A stretch of 64,000 nt of DNA from the human T2T-CHM13v2.0 reference genome, Homo sapiens: the NCBI RefSeq assembly GCF_009914755.1, contig NC_060948.1; one strand, 5' to 3'. The translations under genes were made by a program, and so were the position numbers. This document shows, piece after piece, positions 27,201-48,009 of the stretch. A model generated the notes under the pieces. That model ran no database searches and was not told where the DNA came from. It was given only the letters and a program-made list of their open reading frames with translations. The stretch's first letter is position 1. Each line of letters begins with the position of its first letter.

Positions 27201-29403
27201 CTGGGCTGCACAGGCCGGGGTCTGTGGGAGCATCCAGGAGGGCACCATGTTCAGGCTGGAGGCTCTGCTGGACAGGACAGACGGGGCACAGAGCAAGGAA
27301 GTAGCCTTGGAAGAGGAGGCGGTGCTGACGGTGGAAGTCATAATGATTGATGTGGAGGTGGTGGTTGAGGAGGAGACCGACATGGAGTGGCAGAAGATAG
27401 ACGAGTGGGCACAGCCTGGCCCTGGACCCAGCACAACTGGGCCGTCAATGGACTCACTGGAGGTCCATCACTTGGAGCTGGGCTCCTTGAATACCCTATG
27501 CCACAGGGCATCTCCAGCTTCTGGGCCAGAGCCATATCCTTGAGGCTGCCCCTTTGGGATGGCTGGCAGCTGCGGATGGGCATCAGGCTTCAGGGGGGGA
27601 ATGGGGGCTGAGTCGGGGGAGAAACCAGGAGGGAGGCACATGGGGTCAGCCAGGAGGCAGGGGATAGGGGACAGGGTGGGAGCTGAGGCCAGGTTCCTGC
27701 AGATATGAGGCCAGCTTGCTTGTGGGAACCCTGGGACCGCATAGTAAGGACGGGGAGCCAGGCACAGCACTCACAAGGGAGAATCACGGTGCCAAGGTCC
27801 CTTCAGGCACAGCACAAAGTTGAAGGGCAAGTTTCCCTGGGAAATTCCCTGGAGGATGAGGAGTCTGCATGCCATTGCCAGCCATTGAACCACCCCTGCT
27901 CTCAGTGCCTGTTTCCAACAGCCTCACCCCAGAAACAAGGTGCTTAAGACGGCTTCGCGGTGCATGGGGCTGCTGACCTCCACAAGGCAGGCACCAGCTA
28001 CCCAGATACACTTTCTTCCCCTTGAGGTGCTGCACCCAAAGGGGTGTAGGCCCTGAGCATATATAACCTCCTTTGCACCCATGCAATTCCCATGGGAAGC
28101 ACCAGGCAAAACCCTACAGACCCTTCTATCTACAAGGCTTCCCTTAAGTGGACAGAACCACCCCTCAGGGAGACCAGGATAAGAGGACACCACACACCTG
28201 GACATCTGCAGAGCGTGTCCAGCACCCAGCACACAAGGGCCTCCTGCAGCTCATGAACCCAGAGGAATCAGCTGCCTCACACCACACTGCCCCCCGCCCC
28301 TTCAGCTGCAACCACCTGTCCACTTTTTCTGCCTCCTGTCTCTGGTCAGCCCAGGACATCTTGGCCGGGGTCCACCCCCCGAAAAAACCACCACAGTTGT
28401 GGCATTGCCTCCTTGCCAGACAGAGACAGAGGACCAAAAAAGGACGATGGCAGGCCAAATGTCTGGGAGATAACCCTGCTCCACATTCTCTGTGCTCTTT
28501 CAAAGTTTCAGGGTGTCATGAGGCTTGCCCACCCAATCAACTGGAGGCTCTTTGACCAAAGGTATATTGTTTGGCACACCCAGATCCTGTGTGAGAAACC
28601 ATGATGAAGTCCTGTTTTGGTACATGATGGATTTTTAAGTCAGGCTGGGGAGCTTGGGTCTGTGGGAGGGGTCTGGTATCTGAAGCAGTTTGAGGTCCCC
28701 TGGGGCCCGGGGATGTCTCAGTGGCAGAGCTACGAAGGGGAAACTCATGCTTCACTCCAGCTAGCAGGCCACCTCAGCCCAGCTAGATGAAATGGTGCCA
28801 TTGAGTCTGTCTACTTTATCCTTCTTGGTCAGGCAGGTGAGGGAACTCAGCCATCCCAGTTACTGGCAGCAGGATGAAGATTTCCTTTCGTCACAACCTT
28901 TACTTTCATAATGAAGTGATAATTAAGGAGTACTACCATTGGTATCCTCGGTAAGGAGTACCTCCCAGCATGGTAGGGGAGCTGGTGTGTGAGAGGGTCA
29001 GCCTGGCATGAACCTTCCTGACTCCTCTCCCTCCAGGGTACAGGGTGTCTCATTCCACTGCAGTCCAGTGGTTCTGGGATCATGAGGGTCAAGCCTCCAG
29101 CTGCAGGCAGAACATCACCTACCTGAGCTTGTTCAGCTGTTTGGCTGAACATGAGTGCCTGGGTTTTCGCAGGATTGCTGAGGTGGGAGTCGCGGTGAGG
29201 GCTGCGGTGGGGCATCATGGGAAAGGACCTCACTGGTCATTCCTTGGCTTCTGGGGAATTGGCTTTGAGCCATGACCTGACCTTTCCTGGACGACCTTCT
29301 GCAGTCCCCCAGATCATCAGCCAGGGCCTATGTCTCAATCCGTTGCAGTACTGCCCCAGGGAGAGAGGGATGGTATTAGAGAGGGAAACAGAGAGGAGGG
29401 CAG
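27150..29403 (+). pseudogene. Diverged TSPY-family pseudogene, copy C (FAM197Y-like)
   Basis: ORF 27187-27543 (EGTMFRLEALL...ALEEEAVL...EVVVEEE...PGPGP...LELGSLN) aligns with TSPY exon 1. Exon 2 ~28565-28640; exon 3 ~28836-28950; exon 4 ~29037-29182 (SHSTAVQWFWDHE...RIAE|gtggga); exon 5 ~29313-29403 (IISQGLCLNPLQY). Confidence 0.9.
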
Positions 29404-30627
29404 GTGAGCAGCCTAGGGCTAGGATCTGAGAGTCCTTTGAGTCCTGGATCTGTGCCCCACACAGAGAATCCAAAGATCATGGAGGAGACTGCAGTGAGCA
29501 ATCCCAGGCCATTTATGGTTTGAGAGAGAAAGGCCCATTAGGGAACTGCAACACCCACATTTCAGGATTGGGGAACCCTAATCCACCTACAATGCATATG
29601 TGGCTAAGGTCAGTGGGTGAGAAGCAAGGCTTAAGGGATAGCTGTCTTATCATCACTTGCCAGCTCCTTCCCCTGCCCTGAGGCTTGCTACCACCTGGGT
29701 CTCAGATTGAGCTCAACCAGGGTGCTCTCTCTCTCCACACAGATGTCCACAGGAGGCCCGTCTAGGTCTACATCCTTTCAGAATGTTTCTCCCAGGCCTG
29801 TCATGTTGTGTTTTGATGAAGCCGGGCTCCCCTGACATGCATTCTCATCTCTGCCATCCTCATCCCCACTGCCCTGCCTTCCCAGATGAGACAGGCCACT
29901 GCACAGGGAATCTGGAGGACCACACTAAGCTCCAGTGTGAGGAAATGTTCTATTTTCTTCATGCACATGTATTTTAGAGTTTCCTCCAGGGGAGGAAATG
30001 TGAAGAGATTGCAAAATGGCTGGGGACCTTCAGTGTGTGTCCAGGGAGGGAACCTGGCTGGGAATTAAGGCCCACCTGAGTAATGGTATGGACATCCAGT
30101 GTCAGTTATCTTGATGAAGACCTGCTTTCTTACATCACCTACTATTAGTATAAAAGTTAATTCCTTAGAATATTGAAAAAACAAATCTGTGTATGAGGAA
30201 ATATAATTTGTTCATAATTGTATGGAAAAAACTGCTGACTGATCCATTTTCCATTACAATTCTTATGTGAGACTTGAAGAGTTTATCAAGTTTTAAAAAG
30301 CATTTTTATTGTTCTACTCCTGGCAATTTTTATGATCATTTTTTCAATACAGGGACATAGATTCTAGAAAGTTTTTGAGGGACTTTCAGCTTCTTTAGAG
30401 TACTTACTTGTAAATTTTGATTTTTTTTCCTTGTGGTTCTTTTCAATTTACTATTTATATTTTATATGTGAGGTTTTAAATTTGTTTTCTTATTTGCCCC
30501 TTCTGGAACTTTTAAAGGATTTTTTTTTTCTGTTAGATATGTGCATTTGGCTGTGAGTACTTTCTCTACTACAGATTTTTTTTGTTGCTGTTTGTTAGTT
30601 TTTGGGGTGTGTGATTGTTTGTTTACT

Positions 30628-30915
30628 GGTTTTGAGATGCAATCTTGCTCTGTCACCCAGGCTGACATGAAATGGCACGATCTTAGCTCACTGCCACCTC
30701 TATCTTCGAGCTTCAAGCAATTCCCCTGCCTCAGACTTCCGAGGAACTGGGAATACAGGCACATGCCACCATGTCCAGCTAATTTTTGTATTTTTAATTG
30801 AGACTAGGTTTCACTGTATTTGCCCAGCTCATCTCACACTCCTGACCTCAACTGGTCTGCTCTCATTGGCCTCCCAGAATGCTGGGATTACAGGTATGAG
30901 CCACCACAGCCGGCC
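30628..30915 (-). mobile_element. Alu (antisense)
   Basis: ttttgagatgcaatcttgctctgtcacccaggct...gggattacaggtatgagccacc. Confidence 0.9.
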
Positions 30916-31521
30916 TCATTTGTTTGTTTATGTATTTTAATCATTGTTCTATTTTCTTCATGTACACATCTTTTAGAATTATTGAAATAAAATGTTTTAT
31001 TTGCTTACTCAATACTTTAGTAGGTTTTTAAAACTAATTTTTCATTCACTAAATACGGTATTGTGTATAAGTTAAACTTGCATAGTATTGTCATTCTATC
31101 TTTTACTCAAGAACTCTGATACTGTTTTTCTCCCATCTGAGGAGAACATGCACATAGTTATAAAAAATTGTGTGAATGGGTAAGTATGAAAATATAATTT
31201 GAAAGAATAGTAAAGTTCACAAATACAATTTCACATTTGTATTTTGCATCATTTTGAAAATTTTAGTTGCTGACACATGAAATTCTATAATCACCTTCAT
31301 GTTAAATGTATACTTTTGAATCAATTTCAACAATGAGAAAAATCCAAGGCCAAACGTTAGTTCAGGAAGTAGAAAGCAGTTGTTCTGTAGAAAAAAACAT
31401 ATTTATTGAAGGTATATTTAGAGAGATTTTAGAAGGCTTAAGTCAATATTTTTGTTTTTGTTGCTCTGGTGTTTTATCATACTGTGACCAGACTGTAGCA
31501 TCAGTAGTTATAGTTACTAGG

Positions 31522-34448
<2,927 letters not shown>

Positions 34449-36449
34449 CTGAGGAGAAAAATCAGCTAACTGTGTTAATTTGAACAGAATTGCCATCTGT
34501 AGACCATTTTTTTAAGTTTTAAATCACTCCTATTTGTGCTAACCAAGTCAGCATTGTTAAATATGACTAGCAAAGACAAACTTCTACCTCTACTGTGTTT
34601 ATGCATTTTTCTTGAAAAAAAGTGTTCCTCTTAATACCTTTTGAAGTTCATAGTTTCTTTTTGTTCTAGCTTAAGTTGCTTTAATCAAAATATTGGGAGG
34701 CATTCCAGCTTTCTCCCCCATTGAAACATTTATATAGCTATTATTTTAGCTCCTTAGAAGTCATTGAAGTAGATAGGCAACAAAAAATACAATGATTTGA
34801 AGATATTAGGTAAATAATGTAAAATTTGGAGATAAGGCACCTGTCTCTAAATTGGAGGGGCTTATCTTCCTAAACTTATAATCTTAGTGAGATATCAAAC
34901 AAATAGTTTAAATAGAAAATTCAAATTTGAGGTTCAGGAAAGAGCTCATACTTTTAAAATTATTTTAGAGTTCCTCAGAAAACTGAGTTGAAGCAATGTT
35001 CATTAATATATACAGAGAGATAAAAATGATGAAGATAACCTGTCTATAGAAGAGGTAAGGAAATATAGATAAAATTAGAAGCATAACTAAGATATTAAGT
35101 TTAGTTGTATTTGAATTAGTCTTTGGAGGATGTGAGCAAATAATTATGGCCTCCTTTATATTCTAAATGTAGCTATGGCAATAGGTGGTAGCTACAAAAA
35201 TAGCTGTGGTTAAGTGCACATTTAATAGATGAGACCAAAAGAGATCCCTCAATTTTCAAGGAAATAAGTGGAAGTACAGCAATATGAAACAACCATTGCT
35301 AATATCGTAATAGGTTTTCTGATAGCCAAGGGAAGGGGGAAACTGATAATCTCAATGTAATGCAGTCTAATACACCAGCACCTAAAACTCATTACTTACC
35401 AACTACTATGCTGTTTCCAAACATCATAATATATTTAACTTAAAATATACTTAATTTAAAATAACTCTATTACAAATATAAGGTACTGTGTGGTAGTAAA
35501 GAAATGTTTTTGTGTTAGGAGAATGTGTCTTAATGTTAGCCCTATTCATCTTCTGCCACGGGAACTTGATCAATCCATTCTACATAACTAGTGTCAGAAT
35601 ACGCATTTAAGATAACTATAATAATCATGTTACATAATCTACATCATAGAGTAATCTATAGGGATACTATGGAAATTGAATCATATATCAAGTATGAAAT
35701 GCCTTTGTAAGCCATAAGGAAAATAATTTCTATGATTTGGTAGATAAAAAACTCACGCATTTCTCAGGAAGAGCTTTCTCTCCCCTCTCCTTCCCTCTAT
35801 TCTTTTCTATTTCCATTCTCTTCTTCCTTTACTTCTCCTACCAAGTTTTTGAGACTTACTCTGAGGCTGTGGCAGAGAGATGTAGTGTGGCCGAATGGAA
35901 TTGGGAGTGGAGGTAAAAGCTGAGGCATTTGTAGAGGTAGAGACTGAAAGGGACATGGAAGCAGAGGCAGTCACGGGCCCTTGGTGGTGCCAGGATGCAT
36001 GGCTAGGCCATGTCACTTCCTGGAGCCAGAAAAGGAAAGGGTGCACTTGGCTGAAGACATAGGGCTTTGTGCAATGCTCCTCAAAGTGACTCAAGATTCC
36101 CACTTGCACCCAAGTGTCTTTTTGCTATAGATGGCACAACAAAGGTGCTCCCAGGTCACTCTGCAAGAAACAAGAGACAAGATATAATCAGTATTTTGAA
36201 GGAGGGCCAGAAGTAACTTTTGGTGTTCAAGATATTCTTTTTCTCCCTGGCATTCACATTCCATGAATTTGTTACCTTACAGCCAGGCTCCCACATAGCT
36301 TTCTTGACCTCCATAAAAAAAGTGAGTTCACTCAGCTTGGGGCCAAATTGGGCACAAGAGCTGACTAGTAGTATGCTCAGTTGCCTTTTTTTTTTTTTTT
36401 TTTTTTTTTTGCAGAATTCCAGGACTTCCTGATGGAAAACAGAGAAGAA

Positions 36450-36772
36450 GCCGGGCGCGGTATCTCACGCCTTGTAATCCCAGCACTTTGGAAGGCTGAG
36501 GCGGGCGGATCACGAGGTCAGGAGATCGAGACCATCCTGACTAACACGGTGAAACCCCGTCTCTACTAAAAATACAAAAAAAATTAGCCGGGCGTGGTGG
36601 CGGGCGCCTGTAGTCCCAGCTACTGGAGAGGCTGAGGCAGGAGAATGGTGTGAACCCGGCAGGTGGAGCTTGTAGTGAGCGGAGGGCGGAGGTTGCGCCA
36701 CCCCACTCACACCTGCACGACAGAGCGACAAAACAAAAACAAAAACAAAAACAACAAAAAAAAAACAAAAAC
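36450..36772 (+). mobile_element. AluY with aberrant 3' end, next to the exon 4 acceptor
   Basis: gatcacgaggtcaggagatcgagaccatcctgactaacacggtg; approximate TSD aaaacagagaagaag / aaaacaaaagaag. Confidence 0.9.
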
Positions 36773-37314
36773 AAAAGAAGTGTTTGTGTTTGTTTTCAAA
36801 TCAAATTTAGCCTAGATTAGAGGAAGAAGTATGGTGAAGAGAAAGACAATTTTTTTATTATTCAAGAGAGGATACTATTCTCTTTCCAAATATGCTTCTC
36901 TTCCATCCCAGTGTCTTCTTCTTTACTCCCCCCTCATAAGGGACCAAATAGGTAGCCAACAGTCATATAGTTGTATAAATTTCTCCTGTTCGAGACTTTC
37001 CTAAGGGCATAGAGGAAGGACCAGGGTTTGAAAATGTAGTGGCTGCTTCAGGAAGATCAACCCAGGTCCTAGAGGTGCCTTCGGACCTAGGTAGGGTATG
37101 ACATGTTCAATGCTGACAGTCTGAGCTTGGGCAGAATCTAGAAGATGATTATGCCCCAGTTGGACCAGGGACAGGGCTCCTGAAATTTTTCTGGGGAACC
37201 AAAATCAGGGAAAATTCTATTATTTCCACATTTCAATTTGAATAAAACCTGGAGGTGAATCAGATGAAGACCAGGTAAGCACTAAAGTACAAATACTACT
37301 TTAGAAACTATTTT

Positions 37315-37586
37315 CGAGGATCATTTGAGACCAGGTGGGCAACATGGTAAGACTTTATTTCTGTGGAAAATAATAAAAAAGTTAGCCAGATGCAGTGATG
37401 CATGCCTGTGGTCCCATGTACTCAGGAGGCAGAGGTGGAAGAATCCCTTATCTTGGTAGTTTGAGGCTACTGTGAATCATGCCACTGCACTCCAGCTTGG
37501 GCAAAAGAGCAAGACCCTGTCTCTATCACTCTCTCTCTGTCTCTCTCTCACACACAGACACACAGACACACATACACACACACACA
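37315..37586 (+). mobile_element. AluJ fragment with a (TC)n(CA)n tail
   Basis: tttgagaccagg...catgccactgcactccagcttgggcaaaagagcaagaccctgtctc, then a microsatellite. Confidence 0.8.
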
Positions 37587-38502
37587 AAGAGAAAGATATT
37601 CATTAACCATATCAATGTTGTGATTGCTCTATAATGATATCTTAATCTTGAAATGAATTATTTAGACTTATGTAAAATTGGCACATCTAACTGTGGTAAT
37701 GATCCACTGTTCATTTAGTATGGAGCCAGCACAGAAATGGGAGAAAGACAGTTGAAACTGGCACATCTAGCTGTGGTAAGGATCCACTGTTCATTTAGTA
37801 TGGAGCCACCATAGAAATGGAGAAAGACAGCTGCACAGTAACTATCCAACAGAATTCACCAATTTCTGACTCCCAGCCGTTGGGAAACATGAGGACATGG
37901 CCAGGGCATAATCCACACTCTGCAGAAGGAATAAACCTGTGGAATAGAGTGAGATTAGTATTACTACTCTCCCATTTCTGAAATCTAATTTTAGGTTTTT
38001 AGAAATATGCTTGGAAATTCAGTATCTTCAATTCTGAGAAAATACATGGAAATATACATCATCCTACAATTTTAGATATACTACAGTTGTTATCTACATA
38101 CTTACCCTTCAAATAATATATATATGTATATATGCAGTTATGATATATATATATATCTTATTATTTATATCCAAGATAATATACTATTATCCAATAGTGT
38201 GTGTATATATTCATATACGTCAAGTGGAATAATAAACTATTTCTAAGAAGTAAGACTATCTTTAAAATACTGTTCTCTGAATAGAATTGTGTTTATAAAA
38301 CATAGCTCATAAATCCTATTTGGCAAAAATAAGATATTCTTCAATATTTAGACATCTCTGCTGATTCATACAATAACCTAAATTTCAGTCTTCCGAACTT
38401 CTGAGAACATAACCTCTGATGTTACAAATTCTGGTTTTAGGGTTCAACAAGAGTCTTCGTAGCAAGTATATTAACTCAAACATATGACTAGAGTAAAGGT
38501 GC

Positions 38503-39910
38503 CTGTGGTTTCATGAGAAATAACAGCTGTCTCGAAGAGCCAGAAAGCCTGGAAACTTTCTTTCCAGATCACAGATAGTTGACACTCAATCAGGGAAACG
38601 TTGAGTTCTGCATGCCTAAGAGGTTGTTGTCCAGGCTTGGGTCCAGATTGAGATCCAGGCATCAGGAGAGGTTGTTTTGTTAAAAGTGTGGCTGGAGCAG
38701 CATGCAAGGATGAAAAAGAAGGAGAAAGAATGGACTCTTCAGTAAATGTTGAGGAAGATATTTTCTGAAGAGAATTAGCAGAAGAGGCTATGGATAGGAC
38801 AATAGAAGAGGAGACCAGAGGAGAGGAGAAAAAAATGGAGCAAGGTGGGAAAATGCAGAATGAAGGGAATGTACAAAAATAAAAGACTGAACAAGAAGGG
38901 CACAGTGTTCACGGAGATTGAAGTGAACAAGAAAGAAAAAGGAGAAAGAAAAAGAGATAAGAGAGGTACATGGGACATCAGGGTTTTCTTTTATCTGGAT
39001 AATTTTTAATTTCCTGCCATAGTGCTGGTAAACAACTCTTCCAGGAAGCCAAATGCTTGTAAGCTGGCTTGGGTGGACAGAATTGATTTTTATCTTGGCT
39101 TTCTGTGGCAGTTATCTCAGTTAACAAAACTATAATATACTAATCTGGGAAAGGCACAGTTTTTACTGGCAAAAAAGGGTACATGTTTGGACAATGAGCC
39201 AAAATGACTGATTAATAGTGTTTCTCCATTAGGCTCAATTTCAGGAGGAGAAAATGATGCAATTATATCAGCCTTATAGTGGGTTCTGGGACTTAGTATT
39301 TCTGTTTCAGGCTGGATGCAGGTTCTCACTTTGCCAGCTTCAAAAACAGCAAAGGATTCAATAATATCAGCTTCAGACTGGATCCAGTGTGTGTCTGCTT
39401 TGGTTACAGGCAGTATCCAAGATATGAGTGTTCTTCCTGTAAGCAAGGTCCATGTTTTACTACTGGAGATAGAACCTTGGGCCAGAAACTTAGTAGGAAG
39501 GTTTCAGACTGCATAAAAGGGTGAATTATGTCAACTTCTGTCTGCATCCAGGGACTGACTATTTGAGATTTTGAATAAGCTCATGATCTGCCTTTATTTA
39601 TTGTAATGTAAAACAAAGATCTGACTACATCAGTTTTCTGCTTGATCCAGGATCTCACTGCTTGGGTTTCAGGTGGGTCCAGGTTTGAAATGTAGCAGCT
39701 CTTTGCTGAGTCCAGGGCCAAAATATACCAACTTCAGTCTGGGGCCAGGGAGAGAGTGGCTGATTTTCAGGATGAATCCAGGGTCTAACTGTATCACATT
39801 GAGTCTGTAAGCAAGATGTGACTGTATCAATTTCACTCATGTTTCAGGGTTTTATTCCTTGGCTTACAGTCCAAGTTTGGAATACTTCAGTTTCAGGTTG
39901 GTTCCAAACT
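38503..39910 (-). pseudogene. PRSSLY-like exon 1 remnant (11-aa Trp repeats, then a Ser/Phe/Leu-rich segment)
   Basis: PWIHPENQPLS/PWPQTEVGIFW/PWTQQRAATFQ/TWTH.ETQAVR/SWIKQKTDVVR and HWIQSEADIIE. Ends ...VISHETT G|gc, in phase with the next exon. Confidence 0.7.
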
Positions 39911-40302
39911 AACATCATCAAATAGGTTAAAGCATAAAAATAACAGGCCAAGAGGAAAAAGGTTTAAATCTCTGAGAAATAAATAAAACTCACAAACCTA
40001 CTGGAAACCAATCTGCATATTGAGGAAAAGTTTCTGAATAAATGTTCATCTTTCCTGTACTAGCTTGTTAACTCATAAATTTGACCTTTTTTGAATTAAA
40101 GAGAGAACTGTGTCCCTATTTTAGTTTGTAACATTGTCTTCCCCTGCAAACACTTCATATAGTATCCATTCACTTCATTTCCACATCAAGATCACAGTTA
40201 GCTTCAAAGGCTGAAGAAGGACACATCATTGGGGTAGTTTGCCTTCACCCATGTCATTCAATCACACATGACCACAGACATCTGGTGAGAGTGGCATCTG
40301 TA

Positions 40303-40488
40303 CTGTGGTTCTTAAAATGGAGTAAGCCTCAGAATCTCCCACAGGGTTTGCTAAAATGCAGACTGCCAGGCCTCACCCTCAGAGGGTTCAGCAGATCTGG
40401 AGCAGGCCCCAAGAATCTGCATTTCTAACAACTTCCCACATGATGGTGATGCTACCGGTCCTGGAGTCATACTAATTTTCAAGAACCA
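40303..40488. mobile_element. MER5A-like hAT DNA transposon fossil
   Basis: gtggttcttaaa...cagaatc...aaaatgcagact...aagaatctgcatttctaacaa...aagaacca. Confidence 0.8.
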
Positions 40489-41482
40489 TTCTATAAATGA
40501 TTTTGGATCACTGCCATCATGTCATCTGTTTTGACAAACCACAGAGCCCTAACTTAACAGCTATTTTAATATACAGACAGCAGGAATTTTACACACATCC
40601 CGATGGCCTGCCAATCACTCAGCACGGGCACATGTTTTGGGTGCAGCCATGCATCGCTGCAGTTAAAGCCAAATGTTACAGAGCAAACTGAATGCTGGCT
40701 GCTCAGTCCTTCAGATCCTCAACTCTTGGCATTTCATATTTCACCACCATCTGGAGCCTTCACTCTACCACACATGATGGGGCACGTGACTTGCTAGGCT
40801 TACAGTTGAGGAAGGGCAGGGTCCTAAGAAATGACAGGACCTGCCCATGCTTGCTTGGCATCTTGCTCTGAGCCTTATTTCCTCTGCATCCCATATCTAG
40901 TTAGGAGCATGGACGCTGGAGAGACCAGGGGCACCATGGTGACACAGGAGTAACTGGTGGAGCTGACCTCACACCAGGTTGTCACCTCGTTCCTTACTTC
41001 CCTCAGGACTTCTAGCCCCTATGCTAACCAGCCCTGGATGCTGTGATTTTCCATCTCCTGCTTCTGACTCCTCCAGCTCTTCTGGGTACTCCATTGCTAA
41101 CACACTTGCAATCAGTTATTTCCCATCCCTGTTCAGATTCAGGCATGCCCCAAACAGCCTTGCTCCCCAATTCACGCATGCTAGGAACCACTGCAGCTTC
41201 AAAGCTGAGTATAAGTGTCCTATGGGCGCATCCAACTTACTCCTAACCTCATCTTCACCTCAAAAAACAGGCAAGGGACTGCCTCAAGGCTGCAGATCTA
41301 GCAGGCACAAAGGTGTGGCAAGCACTGACTGTCTAGAGGATCCCAGTGCCCCACACTCCTCACAAGGTTGTATCCACCTCTGTCTTGCCTTGGCCTGGAG
41401 AGCCCGGTATGGCAGAGGCCCTCACAGCAATGCCAATCCTGTGTTCTTCCCAGGTGTTCAGAAATCAGTTGTCCATATCCAT

Positions 41483-41820
41483 GGCAGGGTGCAGTGGCTC
41501 ACGCCTATAATCCCAGCACTTCGAGAGGCCAAGGCAGGCAGATAACTTGAGGTCAGGAGTTTGAGACCAGCTTGGCCAACATGATGAAACCCTGTCTTTA
41601 TAAAAATACAAAAATTAGCCAGGTGTGGTGGTGGGTGCCTGTAGTCCCAGCTACTCTGGAGGCTGAGGCAGAAGAATCCCTTGAACCTGGGATTGAACCT
41701 GGGAGGCAGAGTTTGCACTAAGCCGAGAATGCACCACTGCTCTTCAGCCTGGGCAACAGAGTGAGACAAGATCTCCAAAAAAAAAAAAAAAAAAAAAAGA
41801 AAAGAAAAAAGAAAAAGAAA
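41483..41820 (+). mobile_element. AluS with a 12-nt internal duplication
   Basis: Full Alu containing ttgaacctggga-ttgaacctggga; long A-rich tail. Confidence 0.92.
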
Positions 41821-41823
41821 TTA

Positions 41824-47940
<6,117 letters not shown>

Positions 47941-48009
47941 AGAAATTACTTTTCAATGTCCAAATAGCTTCTCCCTTGTGTGTACAAGAGACTAGGCCAA
48001 AAAGTCCAT

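Larger units (their letters stand above)
35860..37919 (-). pseudogene. Trypsin-like domain 1 (exons 2-5)
   Basis: ECGLCPG...GEFCWIVTVQLSFSHFCAGSILNEQWIITTVRC; LIFLKQPLHFQTLVLPLCP*...DCWLPIWS; ILQK...CAQF...EPGCK|SDLGAPLLCHL*QKDTWVQVGILS...PYVFSQV...FWL. Stops at 37003-37001 and 36127-36125. Confidence 0.9.

Noticed and set aside
40979-41545. 188-aa ORF as a further RFTN1 exon or new gene
   Set aside because: No match to the recalled RFTN1 C-terminus, no recognisable domain, and it ends inside an Alu.
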